Position numbers and translations under genes: made by a program. This document shows positions 1 through 8,018 of a stretch of 20,000 nucleotides of DNA, in pieces. The notes under the pieces are model-generated. The model worked only from the letters and a program-made list of their open reading frames with translations. It was not told the DNA's origin and did no database searches. Position 1 is the first letter of the stretch. The number at the start of each line of letters is the position of its first letter. Origin of the DNA: an uncultured virus (IMG/VR IMGVR_UViG_3300024261_000020) (Duplodnaviria > Heunggongvirae > Uroviricota > Caudoviricetes); IMG/VR virus record IMGVR_UViG_3300024261_000020, positions 52,465 through 72,464 of that record, one strand, 5' to 3'.

Positions 1-47
1 ACTTTGACTTTGAGTTTCGGACCGTAATGTGATTTGTCGTATGCCAT
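1..47 (-). CDS. 5' end of an ORF running off the window (MAYDKSHYGPKLKVK...)
   Basis: ATG at 47-45, 2 nt after the TAA of the 50..796 ORF; frame open to the window edge. Confidence 0.5.
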   Translation of the reverse strand, partial: MAYDKSHYGPKLKVK

Positions 48-49
48 AA

Positions 50-796
50 TTACATCTCTTCTATTCTAAAATTAAGCAAACCAGAAAAGGCATTGCTCTT
101 GTTGTTTTTGTTTCCCATTAACATGACGATTAGTTCGTCATCACCTTTTTTTAGCAAATTGTTGCAAATTTGTAAAGCCGCCTCCTCACTCATTTCGTTA
201 AACATTTCGCAATGCATCGGGGCGAATCTGACCCCGAGCGCCCGTATATCTTTCGTACCGTCCTGAAGCATATCGTTCAAACATTCCACAGGACCAAGTC
301 TACTGAACACAATTTTTCGTGCCTTCTTTGACTCGTGACTTTTATGTTCTTTTAATTTATCAATCGAACATACCTCCAACGCGAACAGATAAAGGTATGG
401 GTCAGAACTGTCAGTCAACTTATCGTATATATTTATCGTTCTGACATAACCACTTTGCGCGAGCAGCAGTCGGATCCAATTAATTCCGTATGCCCCAATA
501 ATTCCGTCATCAAGATCGTCGCTAAAAACCTCGTCTAATAACTCAGGGTAAACTGTGAAACAAAGTTTAATAAAACTTCCTCCTGACCCTGGCCCCATCT
601 TCTCAATGATTTTTCGAAAACTTAACGAATTATTCTCTTCTCCGCCAATGTGGTAATAAGTTGTATAGCAACTTCTTATCTCCTCTTTGCCAAGGGATAA
701 TTTAGAAAAGCATTTGATAAAATTCCACATTGTCGCATCTTTGTAATTCGCTAACTCTTCAAGAATACTTTGAGGTGTTCTCTTGTTTATCTCCAT
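50..796 (-). CDS. hypothetical protein, 248 aa, helical; possibly HEAT-like C-terminus
   Basis: Long ORF on the dominant strand, packed between neighbours; no catalytic motif recognised. Confidence 0.75.
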   Translation of the reverse strand: MEINKRTPQSILEELANYKDATMWNFIKCFSKLSLGKEEIRSCYTTYYHIGGEENNSLSFRKIIEKMGPGSGGSFIKLCFTVYPELLDEVFSDDLDDGIIGAYGINWIRLLLAQSGYVRTINIYDKLTDSSDPYLYLFALEVCSIDKLKEHKSHESKKARKIVFSRLGPVECLNDMLQDGTKDIRALGVRFAPMHCEMFNEMSEEAALQICNNLLKKGDDELIVMLMGNKNNKSNAFSGLLNFRIEEM

Positions 797-830
797 ATAT
801 TAAATTTTTCACTCCGGGTATTGTGAAGAG

Positions 831-1667
831 CTAAAGGTCCTCCATAGTAAGGACCGAAAACCCTGCGGCTCCTTTGTGCCCGCCACCACCGGGGAACGAT
901 TCCGCAATCTTAGCAACATCGACTTCGCCTCTCGACCTTAACGAGAAGACATAATGCTTTCCGTCAAAATTATAAGCAGCCGCTACGCCAAAATCTGTAC
1001 TATCAGCAATCTCCGAAAGGATGTCTCCACGGAATATCACTGCGGTGTTAATGACAGGGAACTCAATTCCTCGGATAGTCATGTAATACATGCCTCTCTT
1101 AATGGAATCACTGATCTCCTTTTTGTAATCAAGAAGAATTCTTCCGCCCTTAATCTGATTCATCAAACCTCTTGAGGTCTCAATGTCTTGAGCAAAATCA
1201 TCCCAGATTTCAAGATTCTTTTCATTAGAATCAAGATTAGCCAAAAGTGCTTCGGCACCCTCTAGCTCCCACTTATGAATATCTCTATCTTCAATGTACT
1301 GAAGAATCTTTGGAACGTCTTCGTCAGGGAAAAGGTATTTCCATGCCAACACCGCGCCTGAGTTATCCATTTTAAATATGGTTTCAAGATTCGGACGAGT
1401 AACGCCCTCCATCGATTCCATAGCCGTAATGTGGTGATCGATAACGACCACGCTCTTAGCTCTTTCAATCACTTCATCCATTTCTGGAAACTTAAAACAG
1501 AAATCTACTATCCAGATATCTCTGTCGTCAATATCATCCGGTATCGGATCACCATGCTTTACTGCACAGTAATCAATACCATATCCGTATTTTTTCCAAA
1601 ATGCATATGCCGCGCCAAAGCCGTCAGGGCAATTGGCATGATATATCAACATACTTCTTTTACTCAT
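831..1667 (-). CDS. DHH/DHHA1-family phosphoesterase (nanoRNase NrnB-like)
   Basis: Motifs YHxxCPDG, VDF, IDHH, IEDRD, SLRS, GGGGHKGAAG; start moved to ATG 1667 (ATGA overlap with purA stop). Confidence 0.9.
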   Translation of the reverse strand: MSKRSMLIYHANCPDGFGAAYAFWKKYGYGIDYCAVKHGDPIPDDIDDRDIWIVDFCFKFPEMDEVIERAKSVVVIDHHITAMESMEGVTRPNLETIFKMDNSGAVLAWKYLFPDEDVPKILQYIEDRDIHKWELEGAEALLANLDSNEKNLEIWDDFAQDIETSRGLMNQIKGGRILLDYKKEISDSIKRGMYYMTIRGIEFPVINTAVIFRGDILSEIADSTDFGVAAAYNFDGKHYVFSLRSRGEVDVAKIAESFPGGGGHKGAAGFSVLTMEDL

Positions 1668-2674
1668 ATATTCTCCGGTGAAGAGGAAAAGATCACTCTC
1701 TTGAGAAGGGAACAATTCTTTCTAAGAAGAGTCTCCAGCACTCCGGTCATATCGGTAATGCTTTCGAACTCAGAAAGCTCGTTCTGAATCCCTCTACAAT
1801 ACATCCTGTAAACTCCGGCCTCTTCCAATACATCACATTTGCTAACAACAACGTGTGTGCATCCAGTCAAATTGATAGACTTAATCAGCATATCAACATC
1901 AAGCCAATTTACCTTTCTTCTGCGCCCTGTGGTCACACCATATTCGGCCCCAATTTCCCCAACCTTTGACAGCATAGGGTCATCAAGTAGTGACGCAGGA
2001 AAAATAGGATCTTCTCCGCTTCTTGTGTCATAAATTTTGGCAGCGCCCCAGATGCTCTTAATGAGCTGTGGTGCGAAGCCTATACTGCAAGCTCCATAGG
2101 CAAGTGTAATGCTTGAGGTCACATAGGGATAATTCCCGTGATCAATATCTAACCAAGCCCCCTGCGCTCCTTCACACAATAATACACCGCTAAGCTGACC
2201 GTCCCATAGGATGTCACTGCCTTCGTAATAGTCTTTGGCAAGAAGACCTGTTCTTGCCGCCTTAGCTGCGTAACTCGGTGCAATACCTTTTGAGGTTGTG
2301 CCAAGCTTCTTTGCAAGGTTCTGCTTGTCAAACTCAATATGCTCGTCTTGAACAATGTGGCAATTCGGAGATACCTTCACAAGAGAGGTATCGAATCCGT
2401 GTCCTGCGAGGTAAGCCAATTCTTTTTCAAATTCTTCTGGATGCAATACACAGCCGGGACCAACGATGGAAAGCATTCCGTGGAATACGCCGCTTGGAAC
2501 AAGGTGTGTTTTGTATTTTTCGCCATTGACGTAGACCGTATGGCCTGCGTTATTGCCTCCGGCCCAGCGAGCCACGGCGTCGTACTGCCCTGTAGCTGCC
2601 AAGGCTGAGGTGATCTTTCCTTTTGCTTCATCGCCCCAAGCGAGCCCCACTACAACATCTGCGGATAACAACAT
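1664..2674 (-). CDS. purA: adenylosuccinate synthetase, short form (336 aa)
   Basis: WGDEAKGK P-loop, GGNNAGHT, HLVPSG, EGAQG..LDIDHGNYPYVTSS, EYGVTTGRRRK.NWLD, SKCD; GGAGGA SD before ATG 2674. Confidence 0.93.
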   Translation of the reverse strand: MLLSADVVVGLAWGDEAKGKITSALAATGQYDAVARWAGGNNAGHTVYVNGEKYKTHLVPSGVFHGMLSIVGPGCVLHPEEFEKELAYLAGHGFDTSLVKVSPNCHIVQDEHIEFDKQNLAKKLGTTSKGIAPSYAAKAARTGLLAKDYYEGSDILWDGQLSGVLLCEGAQGAWLDIDHGNYPYVTSSITLAYGACSIGFAPQLIKSIWGAAKIYDTRSGEDPIFPASLLDDPMLSKVGEIGAEYGVTTGRRRKVNWLDVDMLIKSINLTGCTHVVVSKCDVLEEAGVYRMYCRGIQNELSEFESITDMTGVLETLLRKNCSLLKRVIFSSSPENI

Positions 2675-2693
2675 GTAAATTCCTCCATGAGCG

Positions 2694-2722
2694 ATAATAG
2701 TACCGAAGCGAATACAAGGCAA
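2694..2722 (-). promoter_or_regulatory. candidate sigma70-type promoter for the purA-DHH unit
   Basis: TTGCCT-17 nt-TATTAT on the minus strand, just upstream of the purA SD and downstream of a terminator; same -35 hexamer as the promoter at 16880-16908. Confidence 0.55.
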
Positions 2723-2791
2723 CTACTAAGAGCTACGGACATGCTCCCTTATACCACCCTGTGGGAAATTTGGAAAAATATGCTCTAACGC

Positions 2792-2820
2792 AAACAAGGA
2801 AGGCTAAGCCCTCCTTGTTT
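2792..2820 (-). terminator. intrinsic terminator-like hairpin after the 525-aa gene
   Basis: Minus strand AAACAAGGAGGGC-TTA-GCCTTCCTTGTTT; the one mismatch is a G.U pair on the minus strand. Confidence 0.65.
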
Positions 2821-2840
2821 CTGCTCCATTCTAAATTGGC

Positions 2841-4418
2841 TTAGGAATTTTCTGCTGCCATCTTTAGAAGCTGATCTTGTCTGTCCTCAAAAGCCACGCT
2901 TCTTCTGGTACGTCCTCTGCCAGCTCTATAATCCCTTACTTTCAGAGTAAGGATATCACTGACTGCCTTGTTTTGGAACTCAGACATCTTGTAGGTTGAT
3001 ACGGTTTTGCCACCGCGCTCTTCTGTTCCTTCAGGTGTCTGTGTCTGATCATAACTATCATAAAGCGCAAGACCCTTCTCAACATCGCCTCCGCCTCTGA
3101 AAGAGAGAACAGCTTCTACTGCCGCTGCTGGATCTCCGAGTCTTCTGATTCTTCTTCTGACTCTTGCGTTTCTTAGTCTTAACGGACCTGCGATTCTCGC
3201 TTCTCTTGTCTTAGAAGAAATAGCTCTGAAGTATTCTTCCATTGCCTCTCTTGGAGGCTTACCCTCTTCTGCAATAGGTGGCTCAGTATCCTCAGCAGGC
3301 TTAGCTGCCTCATCTGTTTTTGCGGCTGGCGCTGCGGGAGCAGCCCCTCCTAATAGTCTAAGAACAGCATCTACATTACCTCCAGACGGAATGGTTCTAT
3401 CTGTAACCTGCTTCCTGTACCACTTAACCCATGACAAGAAAGACGCATCATATCCCTGATTAGGGTTGGCTGCCACCCATGCTTCCCAGGCGGCTTTCAT
3501 GCCTTTTGGTCCACCATTTGCGAAGTAACCTTCCCAGCCGGATCTTGGCTTAGCTACCGGAGTTACTCCGCCAGACGGCTGCTCTGCTGGCTTTGCAAGC
3601 ACTCCTTCGCCGGTCGAAACTTCTTCCGCAGAACTTTCCCCATAACGATCTTGCATCCCCCACTCTTTTGCAAGACTCATAAATTCCGCTTTTCTGTCAT
3701 CACTCAGCGCAGGCTTGCGCTGCTTGAGCATTTCCCACATTTTCTCTAATTTGTTGGGTGTAAATTCACCGTCTGGGCGATAAAGCCAATCTGTAATCAT
3801 CCCAAAATCATATACTAATTTTTTATAGATTTCATCTTTTCTCGAATCAGGGGCAGAATTATCAGGTGCAGGAGGTTTTACAGACTCCGAATAGTTTATT
3901 CTATCGTCGGTAAGTGCCAATGCAACAAGTGCTGCGTCCTTTTCTCCAACCTTATCTAACCCTTCGGCTAATTTCTCAATTAAGTGTCTCATGTTTGATT
4001 CCTCTCTCAGGAAGTTGTGACTTTTGTTAGTAAATAAGAAGTCAAAGAATTCTTCATCTGTTTCATCATCTTCTGAGATTCCCTGTTTCTTCTGAGTTTT
4101 GTAATGTTCTGGAGGAAGATCTACGCCCTCCTCTTTAGCTCCAAAAAATTCAGTCTCTTCATCCTCGCCCTGTTCTCTGCTGAGTCCAGAAGGCTGAGGA
4201 CTTCCTGGCAGGTCAAGAACTTCGCCGCCATATAAAGATTGAGGCATACTGGTCAAGCCTAAGGCTTCCTTTTCCATACCTTCCTCCTCAATCTCTTCAT
4301 CATCTGCTTTATTCGGGATTGCAAACATCATCTCCCCTACAGGAACGTGCATGCCTGACGCAGCTTCTTCAGATGGAACTAAATCATCTAATGAAAACCC
4401 CGGCGTCTTTTTCTCCAT
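2841..4418 (-). CDS. hypothetical protein, 525 aa, acidic low-complexity N-terminus and Pro/Ala linkers; probable virion internal protein
   Basis: Long ORF coupled to the upstream gene by TGATG overlap; internal SD+ATG at 3992; function is inference. Confidence 0.8.
   Translation of the reverse strand: MEKKTPGFSLDDLVPSEEAASGMHVPVGEMMFAIPNKADDEEIEEEGMEKEALGLTSMPQSLYGGEVLDLPGSPQPSGLSREQGEDEETEFFGAKEEGVDLPPEHYKTQKKQGISEDDETDEEFFDFLFTNKSHNFLREESNMRHLIEKLAEGLDKVGEKDAALVALALTDDRINYSESVKPPAPDNSAPDSRKDEIYKKLVYDFGMITDWLYRPDGEFTPNKLEKMWEMLKQRKPALSDDRKAEFMSLAKEWGMQDRYGESSAEEVSTGEGVLAKPAEQPSGGVTPVAKPRSGWEGYFANGGPKGMKAAWEAWVAANPNQGYDASFLSWVKWYRKQVTDRTIPSGGNVDAVLRLLGGAAPAAPAAKTDEAAKPAEDTEPPIAEEGKPPREAMEEYFRAISSKTREARIAGPLRLRNARVRRRIRRLGDPAAAVEAVLSFRGGGDVEKGLALYDSYDQTQTPEGTEERGGKTVSTYKMSEFQNKAVSDILTLKVRDYRAGRGRTRRSVAFEDRQDQLLKMAAENS
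4022..4032 (-). promoter_or_regulatory. intragenic candidate late-promoter motif TACTAACAAAA
   Basis: One mismatch to the TACTAATAAAA copies at 5497 and 12163; 29 nt upstream of in-frame ATG 3992, which has SD AGAGAGGA. Confidence 0.55.
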
Positions 4419-5977
4419 CAGTCCCTTCCGAAAGGACCGCTTCCACCTGGGACTGTGAAAAGTGCTGCAAGCCTATCTACGTTAGCAGATGCCTTCTTTC
4501 TTATATCCTCTATTGAGTCCATAGATGCCAGTGTGAAATCTTCAGCCTCTGATGATGATGGGTATGATGATGGGTATCCACCCGGAGACATGACCGTCTC
4601 AGATTCTCTCATTGACTGCTGACCTACTGCCCTTGCCCTGTTAGCAAGATGAGCATAGTTCTGAAGCTCAAGAGCATATCTGAGGAGAGTCTCAGGATCT
4701 TTTAGATCCGAAAGAACATTTCCAGCAATCATTGCCTCAAACCTTTCAACAAGGAATCCCGCACTCTCTGGAGAAAGCTCTGCATCCATAAGCTGACGCA
4801 TTGGCATACCCGGGTCTGCAAGTCTAAACTTCTTCTGAAGTTCAGTACCAAAGTGTCCTGAGTTAACCCAGCCAGCAAACTGAAGCTGTGCTTCTTTCCA
4901 GTCTCTTGCAGGATCACCTGTAGACTCTGTGAGAAGATGTCTCCCTTCGGAAGGGGACTTGTCCCCTTCTGGAACATACTCGGACAATACAGCCCAAGCT
5001 CTTGCATTTTCTCTTGTAATATGTGCGCCAACGGCTCTCTCTGCCCTTGGGTTAGGGGCCGCTCCTGGCCCATAAGTGTAGCTGGAAACTCTGAAGACAC
5101 CTTCGGAAGGAAGGAATTCGTAAGAGTAAGGATCTTTGTCTGGCCTAATCGGACCAAGCTTTCCAACTACTCTTGACTCTGCTGGTTCAGCAACTGGAGC
5201 ATCGCTGAAACCTTCCGGACTGGTCGTAACAACAGGGTTCATAGGCGGCGCAGGAGGAATTGTTCCTCTTAAAAATGGAGAAGACTGTGGAGACACAGGA
5301 GGCTTAGGGACTGGAGGGGCAGCAGGAAATTCTTCCTCTTCGTCCGCCTTTCCAAAAGGCCACCTAGCTCTCTTCTCTATCATCTTGGTTACTTCATCAG
5401 CAGCCTTGGTCTCACCAAAACTGTCCAACTTGTTTGCTAAATCTGCAAGAATGCGCAATGCTGACATGTTATGTCTCCTGTTTCTGTCCAAATTCGTTTT
5501 ATTAGTAGCTCCGAATATACTCATGTCGATATTCAGACTCGCCAAAGATACATCTCCATCACCGGCTCCTGCGCCAGCACCTTTTGATCCACCTTGATTA
5601 GGCTTTCCCTGCTTCCAATTATCTTGTAATGTTAAGATATCAATGTATCCCTGCCTAATAGCAGAAATGAAGAAAAAGTCTCCGCCTGGGCCTGACCTAA
5701 TTTCAGCAACTTCTCTATTATTCTGTTCACCAGAATCTGGTTCCGCTGGGCGCCATGCTCCGGTATCTTTGTTCCCTAATTTGAAACGGTGAACAACGTT
5801 GCCTGCTGAATTACTGAACATGAATGCCATTCGATCATTTAGTCTCGCATTCCTTTCTTCAGTAAACTTTGGAAACATAATTCTCAACGCAAGACGAGCA
5901 GTCGTGCTAATACGGATTTTATTTCCGGTAGCAGGATCTGTCTTCTCTGTAACTTCTAAGTCTGCAAGCTTACGCAC
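4418..5977 (-). CDS. hypothetical protein, ~519 aa, Gly- and Pro-rich linkers; probable virion internal protein
   Basis: ORF track gives TTG at 5992; GTG at 5977 has a GAGG SD and is preferred; internal SD+ATG at 5467. Confidence 0.8.
   Translation of the reverse strand: MRKLADLEVTEKTDPATGNKIRISTTARLALRIMFPKFTEERNARLNDRMAFMFSNSAGNVVHRFKLGNKDTGAWRPAEPDSGEQNNREVAEIRSGPGGDFFFISAIRQGYIDILTLQDNWKQGKPNQGGSKGAGAGAGDGDVSLASLNIDMSIFGATNKTNLDRNRRHNMSALRILADLANKLDSFGETKAADEVTKMIEKRARWPFGKADEEEEFPAAPPVPKPPVSPQSSPFLRGTIPPAPPMNPVVTTSPEGFSDAPVAEPAESRVVGKLGPIRPDKDPYSYEFLPSEGVFRVSSYTYGPGAAPNPRAERAVGAHITRENARAWAVLSEYVPEGDKSPSEGRHLLTESTGDPARDWKEAQLQFAGWVNSGHFGTELQKKFRLADPGMPMRQLMDAELSPESAGFLVERFEAMIAGNVLSDLKDPETLLRYALELQNYAHLANRARAVGQQSMRESETVMSPGGYPSSYPSSSEAEDFTLASMDSIEDIRKKASANVDRLAALFTVPGGSGPFGRD
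5497..5507 (-). promoter_or_regulatory. intragenic candidate late-promoter motif TACTAATAAAA
   Basis: Identical 11-mer to 12163-12173; 29 nt upstream of in-frame ATG 5467, which has SD AGGAG at 7 nt spacing. Confidence 0.6.
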
Positions 5978-6000
5978 GTTCACCTCAATCAAACAAACTA

Positions 6001-6011
6001 TATTATTAGAA
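6001..6011 (-). promoter_or_regulatory. candidate late-promoter variant TTCTAATAATA
   Basis: CTAATA core located between the groEL-unit terminator and the start of the next gene. Confidence 0.4.
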
Positions 6012-6015
6012 ATGA

Positions 6016-6051
6016 CAAAAGCCCGACAGCTAAATTGCTATCAGGCTTTTG
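6016..6051 (-). terminator. intrinsic terminator after the groEL unit
   Basis: Minus strand AAAAGCCTGATAGC-AATTTA-GCTGTCGGGCTTTT; 10-bp stem whose two mismatches are G.U only on the minus strand, followed by a U-tract. Confidence 0.8.
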
Positions 6052-6066
6052 AACTATTTGCTAAGG

Positions 6067-6351
6067 TCAATATTCTTCAATATCAATGTAGTATGCTATG
6101 ACCTTTAAGAAATCTCTTGCTGATCTAATCTCTACATGCTTTGGGGCTGCCTTGAGTTCATTGCGAATGTTGTCAACTTCTGTGTCGTTTAAGACCTCTT
6201 CGATTGCTTCAAGTCGAATTCCGCAAATCTCCCCATTTGGAAATACATTAAGTGCTTCCATAATCTCAGGGTGCTCTTCCAATGAGAAATGCTTATTGTT
6301 CTCGAACTTCTGAAGATTGAGTCCTGCATTGACCAGCAAAAAATCATCCAT
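6067..6351 (-). CDS. hypothetical protein, 94 aa, acidic, translationally coupled to groEL
   Basis: TAATG overlap with the groEL stop; no GroES motifs. Confidence 0.75.
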   Translation of the reverse strand: MDDFLLVNAGLNLQKFENNKHFSLEEHPEIMEALNVFPNGEICGIRLEAIEEVLNDTEVDNIRNELKAAPKHVEIRSARDFLKVIAYYIDIEEY

Positions 6352-7952
6352 TATCTCTCCGTTTCAGTTTCGTAAATTGCAACCTCTGTCGTCAGCAGTG
6401 TTCCACTGGCTGATGCAGCATGCTCCAAAGAGCTTCTTACAACTTTACAAGGATCCATAATCCCATTGTCTAACATGTTAGTTACAAACTCAAGATTAAG
6501 AGCATCATAACCGCTTGGCTCATCAGAATTCAAAATCTGCTCAACAAAATCATCAGCACCAGTGACTCCGGCGTTATCAAGAATCTGATAAAATGGGGCC
6601 TTAACTGCCTCTCTGATAATTCCAATGCCGGCCACCTCTTCAGGAAGAAGGCCATCTGTCTCAATCTCGTCAAGGACTGGAAGGGCATGAATTAGTGCGG
6701 AGCCACCACCGGGAACTACACCTTCTTCAAGCGCTGAACGTACAGCGTTGATAGCATCTTCCACTCTGTCCTTTCTCTCTCTCATTTCAGCTTCAGATTT
6801 TCCGCCGACCTTAAAAATCGCTGCCGAGCCAGTGATTCTTGCAAGTCTGCTTTTTAGAATCTCAAGCTGATAATCATGTTGACCACCAGCAGTAAGCTGC
6901 TCTTTAATCTGAATGGCTCTCGCCTCAACATCTTTGGGATCTGCCCCACCTTCAATTATAGTTGTGCTGTTCTGGCTTACGATGACCCTGCGTGCGGTCC
7001 CAAGATCAGCAACTGTTGCTCCGTCAAGACCGATTCCGTCATTATCACAGAACATCTTTCCGCCAGAAACAATGGCAAGGTCTTCGAGGAATGCACGTCT
7101 CGAATCACCAAACCCAGGAGAACGAACTACCGCGATTCTAATATTTCCCTGAATCTTGTTGTAGACAAGATGAGCAATAGCTTCATCTGTGATCTGCTTT
7201 ACAACCAAAAGAACGGGTTTGGATTGCTCGGCTAATTCCTCAAAAATTTCCCTTACATCAGTGATGCTGGAAATCGCCCCATCATAAGGAAATATAAGAC
7301 AATCATCAAATTCTGCCGTAAATCTTGCAGAATTTGTCACGAAATGCTCAGAGGTCCATCCCTTATCGAGCTTGATACCTTCCGAGTAGAACACCTCAGT
7401 TGATCTTCCAGTCGCTTCCTCAACGGAAATGACTCCGTGCTGACCAACTGCCGCGATAGCTTCTGCGATTTTGGCACCGAGAACCTTATCATTATTTGCA
7501 GAGATTACAGCAACACTTCTCATGCTTGCTTCATCGCTTACAGATGCAGATAAGCCCTTCAGTCTACTTGAAAGTTTTGTCACAGCAAGGTCAATGCCGC
7601 GTCTAAGAAGAACAGGGTTGAGTCCCTCTTCGTCTACAAGAACTAAGCCTTTGGAGTAGATTGCCTGAGCGAGAACAGTTGCAGTTGTTGTCCCGTCTCC
7701 TGCCGCGCTATTTGCTGCGGCTGCAACCGAACGCACCAACTGTGCTCCCATGTTCTGAATTCTATCATCCAATCTGATCTGTCGAGCTACAGTCACACCA
7801 TCTTTTGTAATAAGCGGGTGACCCCATTCCCTTTCGATAGCAACGTTTCTTCCTCGCGGACCAAGAGTGGCCTTAACGGCGTTTGCTAAAATATCTACAC
7901 CTTGAAGCATTTCTTTTCTTGCTTCAGGTCCAATCTTTACAACTTTTCCCAT
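6351..7952 (-). CDS. groEL: group I chaperonin GroEL (phage-type, no GGM tail)
   Basis: TLGPRGRNV, ITKDGVTVA, AGDGTTTATVLAQAI, PGFGD.R, KDRVEDA, GVVPGGG, GIMDP.KV; GGAG SD. Confidence 0.97.
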   Translation of the reverse strand: MGKVVKIGPEARKEMLQGVDILANAVKATLGPRGRNVAIEREWGHPLITKDGVTVARQIRLDDRIQNMGAQLVRSVAAAANSAAGDGTTTATVLAQAIYSKGLVLVDEEGLNPVLLRRGIDLAVTKLSSRLKGLSASVSDEASMRSVAVISANNDKVLGAKIAEAIAAVGQHGVISVEEATGRSTEVFYSEGIKLDKGWTSEHFVTNSARFTAEFDDCLIFPYDGAISSITDVREIFEELAEQSKPVLLVVKQITDEAIAHLVYNKIQGNIRIAVVRSPGFGDSRRAFLEDLAIVSGGKMFCDNDGIGLDGATVADLGTARRVIVSQNSTTIIEGGADPKDVEARAIQIKEQLTAGGQHDYQLEILKSRLARITGSAAIFKVGGKSEAEMRERKDRVEDAINAVRSALEEGVVPGGGSALIHALPVLDEIETDGLLPEEVAGIGIIREAVKAPFYQILDNAGVTGADDFVEQILNSDEPSGYDALNLEFVTNMLDNGIMDPCKVVRSSLEHAASASGTLLTTEVAIYETETER

Positions 7953-7953
7953 G

Positions 7954-8013
7954 TTTTAATCTCCATAGAACATAAAAGGTTCCAACCATTTTTACGTTTC
8001 GGGTAGATTAAAA
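7954..8013 (-). promoter_or_regulatory. long imperfect leader hairpin covering the groEL SD
   Basis: UUUUAAUCU/AGAUUAAAA, CC/GG, AACGUAAAA/UUUUAUGUU and GGU/ACC around a UGGA loop (paired by eye). Confidence 0.6.
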
Positions 8014-8018
8014 ACTAT

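Noticed and set aside
1664..2674. PurZ (2-aminoadenine, Z-genome) assignment
   Set aside because: Keeps the catalytic Asp of GDE (Ser in PurZ), the TTGRRR arginine and a GTP-type SKCD motif; no dATPase or MazZ-like neighbour in the window
4553..4577. Short tandem duplication (tgatgatgggta x2)
   Set aside because: Encodes low-complexity YPSSYPSS; not an array. No CRISPR-like repeat-spacer array was seen anywhere in the window
6067..6351. 94-aa ORF after groEL as GroES
   Set aside because: Size fits, but there is no PLxDRV, mobile-loop GGI or VKVGD motif, and it looks helical
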